From an uncultured virus (IMG/VR IMGVR_UViG_2565956931_000003) (taxonomy: Duplodnaviria > Heunggongvirae > Uroviricota > Caudoviricetes): a DNA stretch of 64,000 bases. The DNA lies in IMG/VR virus record IMGVR_UViG_2565956931_000003, positions 1-64,000 of that record; one strand, 5' to 3'. The translations under genes were made by a program, and so were the position numbers. Below, piece by piece: positions 56,524 through 64,000 of the stretch; positions within the stretch are counted from its first letter, which is position 1, and each line of letters begins with the position of its first letter. The notes below the pieces were generated by a model that ran no database searches, had not been told where the DNA came from, and was given only the letters and a program-made list of their open reading frames with translations.

Positions 56524-57363
56524 CTATTCATTACTACTATCTTCAGGCTCCACTTCACCAGCTTCAATTAACGCTAACTTACGCATAAACGCCTCTTCTT
56601 TTTTCTTTTTCATATTAGCTTTTGCAATTGCCATTCTTTCTTCAGCACCTGAAATAACTGAACTACGCCGTGCTTGAACTTCCGATTGGTCTTTAAGATC
56701 ATCTACATCTAAGCCCCAGAACATTGCCTCAGTTCGAGCAATGTTAGAAATGCTGATACTTTGTTTAACGTTCAAATCAACCACTTGACTAATCAAGCCC
56801 ATTTTAAACTTAACCAGCGCTAATTCATCTTCAGTAGGATTATTCAGATTAAGGACTTCATCTCTAATATGAATAACACTATCGATAGTATCTGTAATTA
56901 ACTCACCCAGCTTATGAGCTCGTATACGGTTATTTTTGACAACAAGAGCTGACTTTAGATAGTTCTCGTTGACTGTAGAACGCCCGCCGTTGTTATTACC
57001 ATTATTTTTAGAGTTTTGACTATTAAATTCAGCAATATTTGACGTTTTTTTGACGGAATTTTGACTATCACTTTTTTCTGATTTATCAGTATTTTGTGTA
57101 TCTTCTTGACCATTATTTTTTTTGGTCAATTTTTTAATCTCTTTATTGAGCTCTTGGGCTGTCTTTTTGACTAAAGATTTAGCTTTCTTTTTCCATTTCT
57201 CAGCAAGTGCTTTACGGCGTACAACGGATGGCGAAGGCATCTCACAACCGAGTTCTTCGCCAACCTGATCAACTAAAGCTTGCCATGTAATCTTAGGTGA
57301 AGATTCATAGACTTCTTTTAGCCGGTTCCAAATTTCTTCCGAGTATTCAATCTTGCGAGCCAT
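56524..57363 (-). CDS. Terminase small subunit (PacA-like)
   Basis: N-terminal HTH (WNRLKEVYES...VRRKALAEKW), helical C-terminus, internal TTGAC cluster. Confidence 0.6.
   Translation of the reverse strand: MARKIEYSEEIWNRLKEVYESSPKITWQALVDQVGEELGCEMPSPSVVRRKALAEKWKKKAKSLVKKTAQELNKEIKKLTKKNNGQEDTQNTDKSEKSDSQNSVKKTSNIAEFNSQNSKNNGNNNGGRSTVNENYLKSALVVKNNRIRAHKLGELITDTIDSVIHIRDEVLNLNNPTEDELALVKFKMGLISQVVDLNVKQSISISNIARTEAMFWGLDVDDLKDQSEVQARRSSVISGAEERMAIAKANMKKKKEEAFMRKLALIEAGEVEPEDSSNE
56934..57171. repeat. Cluster of (TT)TTGAC motifs, candidate pac site
   Basis: TTGAC ending at 56940, 56973, 57020, 57043, 57054, 57065, 57110 and 57171, plus one inverted copy at 57125. Confidence 0.55.
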
Positions 57364-57376
57364 TAAAGTCTATCCC

Positions 57377-58063
57377 TTATTCAGCAAATAGACCTATTTG
57401 TTTCACTTCATCTAAAGCTTGCTGCTGTAAAGAAGCCTTGCTAAAACGTTTTTTATTTTGGATAAGATCAATTAAAGCTTTTTGCTGTAAATCATTCTCT
57501 TCGCGTTGGAAAACATCATCGATAGCCATTTCTAAGTTACGGATTTGTTTCGCACGATTTTGTTCACACTCACGCACTATACGCATAAGGGTGTGAAGTT
57601 CTGGTAAAACCTTTTCTTGAATAGACTGATCTTGCGATAAACAAGCTTGAATAAGGCCCTTTGAGGCTTCTAGTAACTCAACCGTTAAGGCTTTAGGGAA
57701 AGAAGTAATATGCTGTGCCGCTGCCATACTCAATTGAAATGCCATGGCTTGAGTATATTCACTCATCATTTCACCAAGACTGTTAAACAGAATACCAGCT
57801 ACAGAAGCTGTTTTATCTAGTTCCGGTTCAATCGTAAAACCAAGAATCCAGTCAGCTGAAACACCATATTTTTGACATAGCAAAGAAAGTAATTCTGCAT
57901 CTGGCATTAACTTACCGTTTTCGATTTCACTCATACGATTTTTATGCGGTGTACCGAATATTTCTAATGCTACGTCTTCTTGACGTAATTGAGCCATGTC
58001 ACGCGCCATTGCAAGTTTTCTTCCGATAAGTACTCGACGTTGCAAATCGCTCTTTTTCGCCAT
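57377..58063 (-). CDS. XRE-family HTH protein
   Basis: GRKLAMARDMAQLRQEDVA...MSEIENGK..P...YGVSADWILG. Confidence 0.8.
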   Translation of the reverse strand: MAKKSDLQRRVLIGRKLAMARDMAQLRQEDVALEIFGTPHKNRMSEIENGKLMPDAELLSLLCQKYGVSADWILGFTIEPELDKTASVAGILFNSLGEMMSEYTQAMAFQLSMAAAQHITSFPKALTVELLEASKGLIQACLSQDQSIQEKVLPELHTLMRIVRECEQNRAKQIRNLEMAIDDVFQREENDLQQKALIDLIQNKKRFSKASLQQQALDEVKQIGLFAE

Positions 58064-58762
58064 TTAAATGCTTCTCCCAGCTAACCAATCAAAATCTACA
58101 GTTTTTGACAACCAATCAGTTTCATCAGTAAAAACGCACGAAAGCCAGACACAACCTTCTTCACATGGTTCTGCCAGCTTAATTTGTTCACTTATGAAAA
58201 TATTGTCGTCTTTGAATAACAAGCCATCACCCTTGACACTATCAATAAGTAATTTTGGATAGTTATCAATATCAAAGCGTGGATAAGTCTTTGCACTGTA
58301 AGAACGAGTTTTAAGTGGTGGCTGAACAATTAATCGTATTTCACAAAGTTGATCGATAGCTTTTAACTTAAGTGCTCTAAACATAGGTCCATATTGCTTT
58401 TGAACCTTGTCTTTATATTTTTTAGCACCTACTGAAAGACTATTTCTTTGCTTTCCATTCTGATCAATTGTAGCCCGCCAAATCTCGTTAGCGCTTAATC
58501 CATAAGGCAATTTGATTGTGATGTATTGCTTACCAGAAATGATAACACCGCCTGTGCTTCCCCTATATATAGTATTTTCACCGTTTTCACCCTCATATTC
58601 TTTTTCTACATGGCAAGGGAAAAACACATGTTTAGAAGGGCTAGACTTTTGCTTTTTAGTTTTTTCATTGCCTAATGAAACACTGAAATCCTTAAAGAGT
58701 TCCTGTCTTTTATTATTGGAGAAAAACTCACTCCACTGACGGCGGTTACTTTTTTTAATCAT
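58064..58762 (-). CDS. rusA: RusA-family Holliday junction resolvase
   Basis: SANEIWR...DIDNYPKLLIDSV...FKDDN. Confidence 0.85.
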   Translation of the reverse strand: MIKKSNRRQWSEFFSNNKRQELFKDFSVSLGNEKTKKQKSSPSKHVFFPCHVEKEYEGENGENTIYRGSTGGVIISGKQYITIKLPYGLSANEIWRATIDQNGKQRNSLSVGAKKYKDKVQKQYGPMFRALKLKAIDQLCEIRLIVQPPLKTRSYSAKTYPRFDIDNYPKLLIDSVKGDGLLFKDDNIFISEQIKLAEPCEEGCVWLSCVFTDETDWLSKTVDFDWLAGRSI

Positions 58763-58848
58763 AACGACCTCAAATCAAGCAAGTAAGATTTACATAGACT
58801 TGAAACTCTTCTTGCATGACAAAATCCTTAAAAACACTTAGTTCCAGA

Positions 58849-58889
58849 ATTATTGACCGTTTGATTTATTTAAAAGGACCCTAGTTCCA
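58849..58889 (-). promoter_or_regulatory. Late promoter (rusA-HTH-terS) with a second TGGAAC over the predicted start site
   Basis: TGGAAC-N29-AATAAT; extra TGGAAC at 58841-58846. Confidence 0.65.
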
Positions 58890-59024
58890 ATCATTATTTT
58901 TGACGAGATAAAAAAAGTCCGCACCTTGGGGAAAGTACGGACTATAAAACTTAAATTAACGTAAACCGATAAACAGTTCACATAATTTAATATATAAATC
59001 GTTTTTTATCAATATATATATTTA

Positions 59025-59240
59025 TTAAGCTTGATGCCTAATCATCTTTTCAACGATTTTGCAGGCTTCATGAAAATCAATATCGTTACTAATCCAGAAT
59101 CTATGAGTTTTATCACCCAGTATAAAACTCTGGGTGAAATACTCTGACTTTTTCTCAGGATCTATATCAGCTGCTTTAAATGAATAAACATCCTTCTCAA
59201 CCACTTGTCCATTAAGATCACCACCAATACATATTTTCAT
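59025..59240 (-). CDS. Hypothetical phage protein
   Basis: MKICIGGDLNGQ start; short ORF. Confidence 0.6.
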   Translation of the reverse strand: MKICIGGDLNGQVVEKDVYSFKAADIDPEKKSEYFTQSFILGDKTHRFWISNDIDFHEACKIVEKMIRHQA

Positions 59241-59288
59241 TACAAGTCCAATTCAAGATACGACTCTATCCTACACCTCAATTGCTAT

Positions 59289-60068
59289 TTATATTTTAAT
59301 TTTATTTTCATCGGGTGTCTCATTATGAATTTTTAGACCATCAGCAAGTGTTTGCACAACTTCGGGGATATCAAATAAATCTACATAAGGTACAAAAAAT
59401 GAATCTTTTGCTCTATTTAAAAAACCAGGTGCTTGTCTATCTTTAAAAGTACTAGCATTACAAAATAGTTCAAAAAAGAATCCTTCGTAAATCATGCATA
59501 AAACAAACCCTTTACCTTGAATTCTATTATATGGATTTATGATAATTCGCTTTAGGCTTTCTGGAGGGAATCCTCCGGATTCATCTTTTAACAACCTAAC
59601 TCTAACACTGAAGGCTTTTGGGTTTAAGTTTGCTTCATCTTTGAAAACTTGTTTTAAATGATTACTAATACCTTCATTGATTACAACATTGGAATAAGCT
59701 GAGTGAGTTGAATAACCCGCTCTCCAATAGATTGAGAAGAAATAGAGAATAACTCTATAGGTATTTACTTTACTAAAATAAATTCCGTGTGGACCTTCAT
59801 TTGTTAAAATGCCTTTTTGTTCTCTTCTTAAAACATGATAAGAGTAGTCTTCATATTTTTGATTAAATAATCTTTCACAATCCTTACATAGCAATTTTGA
59901 ATCCCATGTATCTGTACTTTTCTTTATTTGATTTTTTCCAATTGAGATATTGATTGCATACCCATTTTCTACTTCTCTTAAAATCTTACTAAAAACAACT
60001 TTACCTATTACATGAGAGCGTTGTAACTCTTTTTCTTCTCCGCAAAGTTTACATATTTCTAAAGTCAT
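59289..60068 (-). CDS. Moron, possible HNH-like zinc-binding nuclease
   Basis: CKLC...SHVI...LLCKDCE; AT-rich; preceded by a terminator-like hairpin. Confidence 0.5.
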   Translation of the reverse strand: MTLEICKLCGEEKELQRSHVIGKVVFSKILREVENGYAINISIGKNQIKKSTDTWDSKLLCKDCERLFNQKYEDYSYHVLRREQKGILTNEGPHGIYFSKVNTYRVILYFFSIYWRAGYSTHSAYSNVVINEGISNHLKQVFKDEANLNPKAFSVRVRLLKDESGGFPPESLKRIIINPYNRIQGKGFVLCMIYEGFFFELFCNASTFKDRQAPGFLNRAKDSFFVPYVDLFDIPEVVQTLADGLKIHNETPDENKIKI

Positions 60069-60144
60069 TTAATTCACTCTAATAATAAAGCCCATCAATT
60101 GATGAGCTTAACTTGTTATTTAATTTAAAACTATAACTTACATA

Positions 60145-60429
60145 CTATCGTTGAGTATGCCAGATTCTTTCACCAGTAGTTTCAGATTGACCAAAACCAC
60201 ATAATAAACATGCAACATCGTACCCGTGTACACATGACTTATTAATAGGTTTTACATCTGAAGATGGACAACCAAAATAACCACCTTTATCGAGTCTTCC
60301 AATTAGAAAATCATTGTCTTCATCGACCCTATCAATCTGGCCTTCACCAAAAATATGAGTTCCATCAGTTTCCATTCGATTACATGATTTGAAATCTACA
60401 TAGACTCTATCACCAATTTTGTATTTCAT
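60145..60429 (-). CDS. Hypothetical phage protein
   Basis: Coupled ORF. Confidence 0.6.
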   Translation of the reverse strand: MKYKIGDRVYVDFKSCNRMETDGTHIFGEGQIDRVDEDNDFLIGRLDKGGYFGCPSSDVKPINKSCVHGYDVACLLCGFGQSETTGERIWHTQR

Positions 60430-60833
60430 TGGCAGAACTCCACTTTCATTCCGTCAAACTCTTGCTCAATTACAGACATTCCACGTGTAATAGCGGCTTG
60501 AGAAGGTAATTTCTTAAAGTCAATTTCATTAACCGCATGACAGCTTTTACACATAAACTTGTTTTTCTTTTCAAGCTTTGACTGAATTACCCTTACCTCA
60601 GCTAACATTCTGTTATTACGATCTGTAACTTGGTTAAGTTGTCTTAGGTATTTAGCTATCCAAAGAACAGGGTTTAATTTTGTTTTGCAATCAATGCAAA
60701 GTACTTCGCTCTCTTCTTCCGAAATTTGAATATGTTTATGATCACATTCAATTAATTCACGTTTTCGAGTGAACTTAATAACTTTCTGCTCTTCGTCAAT
60801 TTGTATTAACTGCTTTTCTTGGAAACGGTTCAT
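60426..60833 (-). CDS. Hypothetical zinc-finger protein
   Basis: CDH..H, CIDC and CKSC. Confidence 0.6.
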   Translation of the reverse strand: MNRFQEKQLIQIDEEQKVIKFTRKRELIECDHKHIQISEEESEVLCIDCKTKLNPVLWIAKYLRQLNQVTDRNNRMLAEVRVIQSKLEKKNKFMCKSCHAVNEIDFKKLPSQAAITRGMSVIEQEFDGMKVEFCQ

Positions 60834-61201
60834 GCCGCAGCTCCCTTTTCATGACTAGAGCGTTTTTGATATTTGCCCTTTGATAAATTTGGACGATAGA
60901 TACTGTCATAACATCCCTTACAAGCTGAATCTGGACGATGTACAACTGATCCATCTTTACGCTTTGCTTTAACCATGAACCAAAACTCAGAATCAACGGG
61001 CCAATATTCTTGACAATGTTTACACAGCTTCTCTTTCCCTAGTTCTGTGAAGATATATCTAGGTTTTGCAGATTGCGCTTGAAGTTCTTTAGGAGCAAAA
61101 GTCTCTGGACTTTTGGAAGTACTTTTCTCCATAGAGTTGCTTTGCAACATCGCAAAAATACTTCGCTGTTGACGCTGGCGTTGTCTTAGTCTTTTCATCA
61201 T
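60830..61201 (-). CDS. Hypothetical zinc-finger protein
   Basis: CKHC...CKGC. Confidence 0.6.
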   Translation of the reverse strand: MMKRLRQRQRQQRSIFAMLQSNSMEKSTSKSPETFAPKELQAQSAKPRYIFTELGKEKLCKHCQEYWPVDSEFWFMVKAKRKDGSVVHRPDSACKGCYDSIYRPNLSKGKYQKRSSHEKGAAA

Positions 61202-61935
61202 GCTGCATCCCCAAAACTAAGAGATTTACCATTTCCTATAATTTGATCAGCAATCCAAAGCTGGCGTAATTTTACCTCAGCTACTCCACTGTTTACCCAT
61301 TCAGCAACACTCAAGAATTCCTTATACGCAGATACACTTTTAAATTTTGAGGAAGTACTTATCTCTACCTCTATCAAATCAATCCCAAAACCATCAGGTA
61401 TATTTTTGTTTTGATCTAATGCCATTAAGATCTCTGCATTTAATCCTTTCCATCCTTTTCTACGTAAACCACCACCTATATCTACATAACAGTCTGCTTT
61501 TCCTTCTGAAAACTCAAAATAATTCATTTTCGGTGCGGTAAATGGCTGATTTATTATTAGTTGCCCTTCATATTGATCGGTTCTATCGGACATTGTGATA
61601 GTGAGTTCAACATTCCATTTCTCACACTCTTCTACATGTTCAAGAACTTGAACAATTGCTAAATCTTGGTAACCGTAAGCTGCAATACTGAAGTGATATG
61701 GTATTGTTAAGCGATTAGGGAAACGCTCAAGCAATGCTGCCTCTTCAACTTTCTTTGCTTCGATATAGTCCCGTACATCTTTAGAAACGAACCGCATGCT
61801 GAACTCATATTCTTGAGCAGCTTCTCTACGCAATTCTGCCTGTCTCTGATTAGCTTGAACTTGCGCTGGTGTTAACTTGTTTGGATTGTATTTTTTTGAG
61901 CGTTTTTTGCTGGTTGCTTTAGATTTCATTTGCAC
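61198..61935 (-). CDS. Hypothetical phage protein
   Basis: Coupled ORF. Confidence 0.6.
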   Translation of the reverse strand: MQMKSKATSKKRSKKYNPNKLTPAQVQANQRQAELRREAAQEYEFSMRFVSKDVRDYIEAKKVEEAALLERFPNRLTIPYHFSIAAYGYQDLAIVQVLEHVEECEKWNVELTITMSDRTDQYEGQLIINQPFTAPKMNYFEFSEGKADCYVDIGGGLRRKGWKGLNAEILMALDQNKNIPDGFGIDLIEVEISTSSKFKSVSAYKEFLSVAEWVNSGVAEVKLRQLWIADQIIGNGKSLSFGDAA

Positions 61936-62459
61936 ACTCCCCCTTTAGCTCTTAACTTTTCAGCTACTAAACGATCAGCAACACGCTTGACTCGATTCCA
62001 AACAAAGTTGTGATCAATTTCAGAACGGCCTTGATAAATACGTTCAAGTTGAAATGCCGTAACGGAATAATCCACTTCTAAGGCCAGTAAATCCCAATCT
62101 TCATTAAAAGCTGTAGCGTAGGGGGTCAATTGGTTTTTCTGTGCCCAAATACGCAATTGGCGAGCATCTGGACCACGCTTTACAACTGGTTTTGGCTTAG
62201 ATTTGATTAAACCAGTGGAAAGCGCCCATTCAACACAAGTTTCGCAACGACAACATAAACGCTTGTACATAGGGCCGGTGCCGTGAGGCATATTGAGATC
62301 ACGCCCTAAAGACTCAACCTGTCGGATTTTATTACCAGGATGTTTCAGCCATTTCTTAACTGCTTTTTCTAATGCTTTTCGCTCATCAGATTTAGCTGCT
62401 ACGTTTGAGTAAGCAACTAATGCGTATTCAGATTTTTTCATATCAATAAATGCGTTCAC
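61926..62459 (-). CDS. Hypothetical phage protein
   Basis: HG..MY...CRCETC zinc motif. Confidence 0.6.
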   Translation of the reverse strand: MNAFIDMKKSEYALVAYSNVAAKSDERKALEKAVKKWLKHPGNKIRQVESLGRDLNMPHGTGPMYKRLCCRCETCVEWALSTGLIKSKPKPVVKRGPDARQLRIWAQKNQLTPYATAFNEDWDLLALEVDYSVTAFQLERIYQGRSEIDHNFVWNRVKRVADRLVAEKLRAKGGVCK

Positions 62460-63220
62460 TGTGCTTTACCTCCACCTATACGAGCATCATCCCAATCACA
62501 TTCCACAATATCTAAGCCATCATGTTGAAATCTTGACCATAGACGGCCCCCAAGATCTTCGCGGACCTCAGAAAGACTTAGGTTTGAAATCACAACTGTT
62601 GGCTTCAACTCGTCATAACGAGTGAGTAGAACCTTATGAACACTTTCAAGAAGTTGAGGACGTTTTTCAGCACGGTCATGTAAACCGTATTCATCAATAA
62701 TTAATAAATCTTTTTTTACATAGCGTTTTAGCGCTTCATCTTCACTATCACCACTACGGCGATAGGCACCCGCGATATCTTCAGCTAGATCTGCAGACGT
62801 AATGTAAATAGCTTCCCAGTTCTTAATGATGATATTTTTCAGAATTGATGAACCTAGATGTGTTTTACCCGTACCAGTACGGCCGACAAGAAGTAAATTT
62901 CGAAAAACACCTGAATTGAAATCCATAGTGAACTTTTCACAAGTTTTACGAGCTTTGTCTTGTCCTTTGTGAGTTACTGCATAGTTGCTAAAGCCGCTAT
63001 TTACATGTCTTTTAGGGATACCAGCTCGAGCCATTTTCAAATTTAAAATACGATTGTTCTTATCGCTTTCATATTTTTCATTTGACTGCTTCATGATTTT
63101 TTCAACACAAGACTGACAAACGATTCGACCATGTACATTGATCATTTGTTCTTTGTGGATCTTACAGATCTGGTTTGTATGGGAAATTTTATATTCCAAT
63201 TTTTGAGGCACTGCGTTCAT
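62456..63220 (-). CDS. DnaC/IstB-like AAA+ helicase loader
   Basis: GRTGTGKT, LLIIDEYG, TVVISNL and RLWSR. Confidence 0.88.
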   Translation of the reverse strand: MNAVPQKLEYKISHTNQICKIHKEQMINVHGRIVCQSCVEKIMKQSNEKYESDKNNRILNLKMARAGIPKRHVNSGFSNYAVTHKGQDKARKTCEKFTMDFNSGVFRNLLLVGRTGTGKTHLGSSILKNIIIKNWEAIYITSADLAEDIAGAYRRSGDSEDEALKRYVKKDLLIIDEYGLHDRAEKRPQLLESVHKVLLTRYDELKPTVVISNLSLSEVREDLGGRLWSRFQHDGLDIVECDWDDARIGGGKAQ

Positions 63221-64000
63221 ATCAATTCACCCTTCACAGCTGTGTGAGCAACCGGTTCATATTTCTTTGGCGCGCCCCATTGATCATTTACATTGCGTGG
63301 TAACGATTGATGGTTTGACTGTTGACCGGTAGTCATTTCGGGTTTTTCGTTTAGGTACCAAGATGCTTTGAAGGCACCCCAAGGATTTTGTCTTTTCAAA
63401 CAATATTCGACGGCTTGCTGCAGTGTGATTCCTGCTTTTTGGGCTTCATTCAAAAGTGCTTCAAAAGCGTTTTCGGTGTTTTGAGCTTTCTTGGCTTTAC
63501 GAACTTGTAAGAACTCAGCAGCGTCTTTCTCAGGTACACCATTTTTTTTCAAAGCACTCTTGAAACTAAATTTTGTTTGAGTCGATGAATCAACTTCGCC
63601 AACGGCGGAGTTGTTATTACCTTCTGGATTCTGATTAAAGGTTTCAGGATTCAGTGAATCAGGATTCAGATTAAAGGATTCAGGATTCAGGGCGTTTTGG
63701 TCTGAGATAGAAACAGTTTTAGAACCGTTATCTAACTGTTCTTGTTTGTTCCCACTACTGTTTGCTTGATTCGATTCGTTATCTTGATAACTGTTTTCAA
63801 CAGCAGAACCAGTATTTTGAGGGGCAAACGGTCCTGTTTTATCGTAAAAATGCTTTAAATCAGCTTTATTTAACTGAATTGGTTTTCCAACAATTGTTTT
63901 GTTTTTCGGGTTACGTTCATAGACAGTGTAGATACCATTACGGTCAGGTAATTCACTGTCTTTCTCTAGCCCGTGCGGGTTTTGATGTTTAACAAAGTTA
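63217..64000 (-). CDS. Phage replication initiator (5'-truncated by the window)
   Basis: Frame is open from 63217 to the window end by manual translation (NFVKHQNPHGLEKDSELP...WGAFKASWY); directly upstream of the loader. Confidence 0.8.
   Translation of the reverse strand, partial: NFVKHQNPHGLEKDSELPDRNGIYTVYERNPKNKTIVGKPIQLNKADLKHFYDKTGPFAPQNTGSAVENSYQDNESNQANSSGNKQEQLDNGSKTVSISDQNALNPESFNLNPDSLNPETFNQNPEGNNNSAVGEVDSSTQTKFSFKSALKKNGVPEKDAAEFLQVRKAKKAQNTENAFEALLNEAQKAGITLQQAVEYCLKRQNPWGAFKASWYLNEKPEMTTGQQSNHQSLPRNVNDQWGAPKKYEPVAHTAVKGELI
63625..63690. repeat. Degenerate (C)AGGATTC(AG) repeats in the initiator gene, candidate origin iterons
   Basis: Encodes LNPESFNLNPDSLNPETFNQNPE; GGATTC occurs five times. 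Confidence 0.5.

Larger units (their letters stand above)
463..64000 (-). mobile_element. Temperate myophage/prophage with a P1-like virion module; runs off the right edge of the window
   Basis: Contiguous minus-strand replication, packaging, head, contractile tail, Dar-like and lysis genes. The left boundary is only approximate (lysis terminator). No integrase or att site visible. Confidence 0.93.

Noticed and set aside
1705..58889. GGAAC as an ECF/sigmaE -35 element
   Set aside because: No conserved -10 at 16-17 nt; the conserved element is 29 nt away and sigma70-like
5237..63992. Numerous 60-140 aa plus-strand ORFs opposite large genes (e.g. 7770..8156, 25767..26135, 55059..55487, 63762..63992)
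   Set aside because: Antisense shadows of well-supported genes; no RBS or recognisable motifs noted

Overview
The window is about 63.5 kb of an AT-rich temperate myophage or prophage, probably from Acinetobacter (inferred from gene families and composition, not proven). Almost all genes lie on the minus strand. Read from the right end, it holds a lambdoid-style early block (replication initiator cut by the window edge, DnaC-like loader, RusA), an HTH regulator and small terminase, and then a P1-like virion module. That module includes a tape-measure/lysozyme protein, baseplate, prohead protease, large terminase with a mini-intein, capsid, sheath, tube, a 3451-aa spike/fibre fusion, portal, and DarA/DdrB/DarB/Hdf-like head-packaged anti-restriction proteins, followed by a lysis cassette. 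Accessory genes include a RelE/Phd toxin-antitoxin pair, two antirepressors, an orphan HicB, a Tad1-like sponge, an Ntn-protease and a PD-(D/E)XK-like moron. Six features go beyond routine annotation. (1) An Hdf/DarA-N protein is fused to a BECR-like RNase domain and followed directly by an 89-nt three-way-junction RNA. (2) A 17-member late-promoter regulon (TGGAAC-N29-nAnnnT) is often paired with hairpins that hide the RBS unless transcription starts at the local promoter. (3) A palindrome-encoded variable segment sits inside both antirepressors, and a third, flipped copy lies in a late-promoter-driven mosaic. (4) A gene is nested out of frame inside darB. (5) A recurrent F/Y-D-S motif marks head proteins. 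(6) A TTGAC cluster inside the small terminase gene is a candidate pac site. No integrase, att site, tRNA or CRISPR array was seen. All family assignments are from visual motif recognition without database searches.
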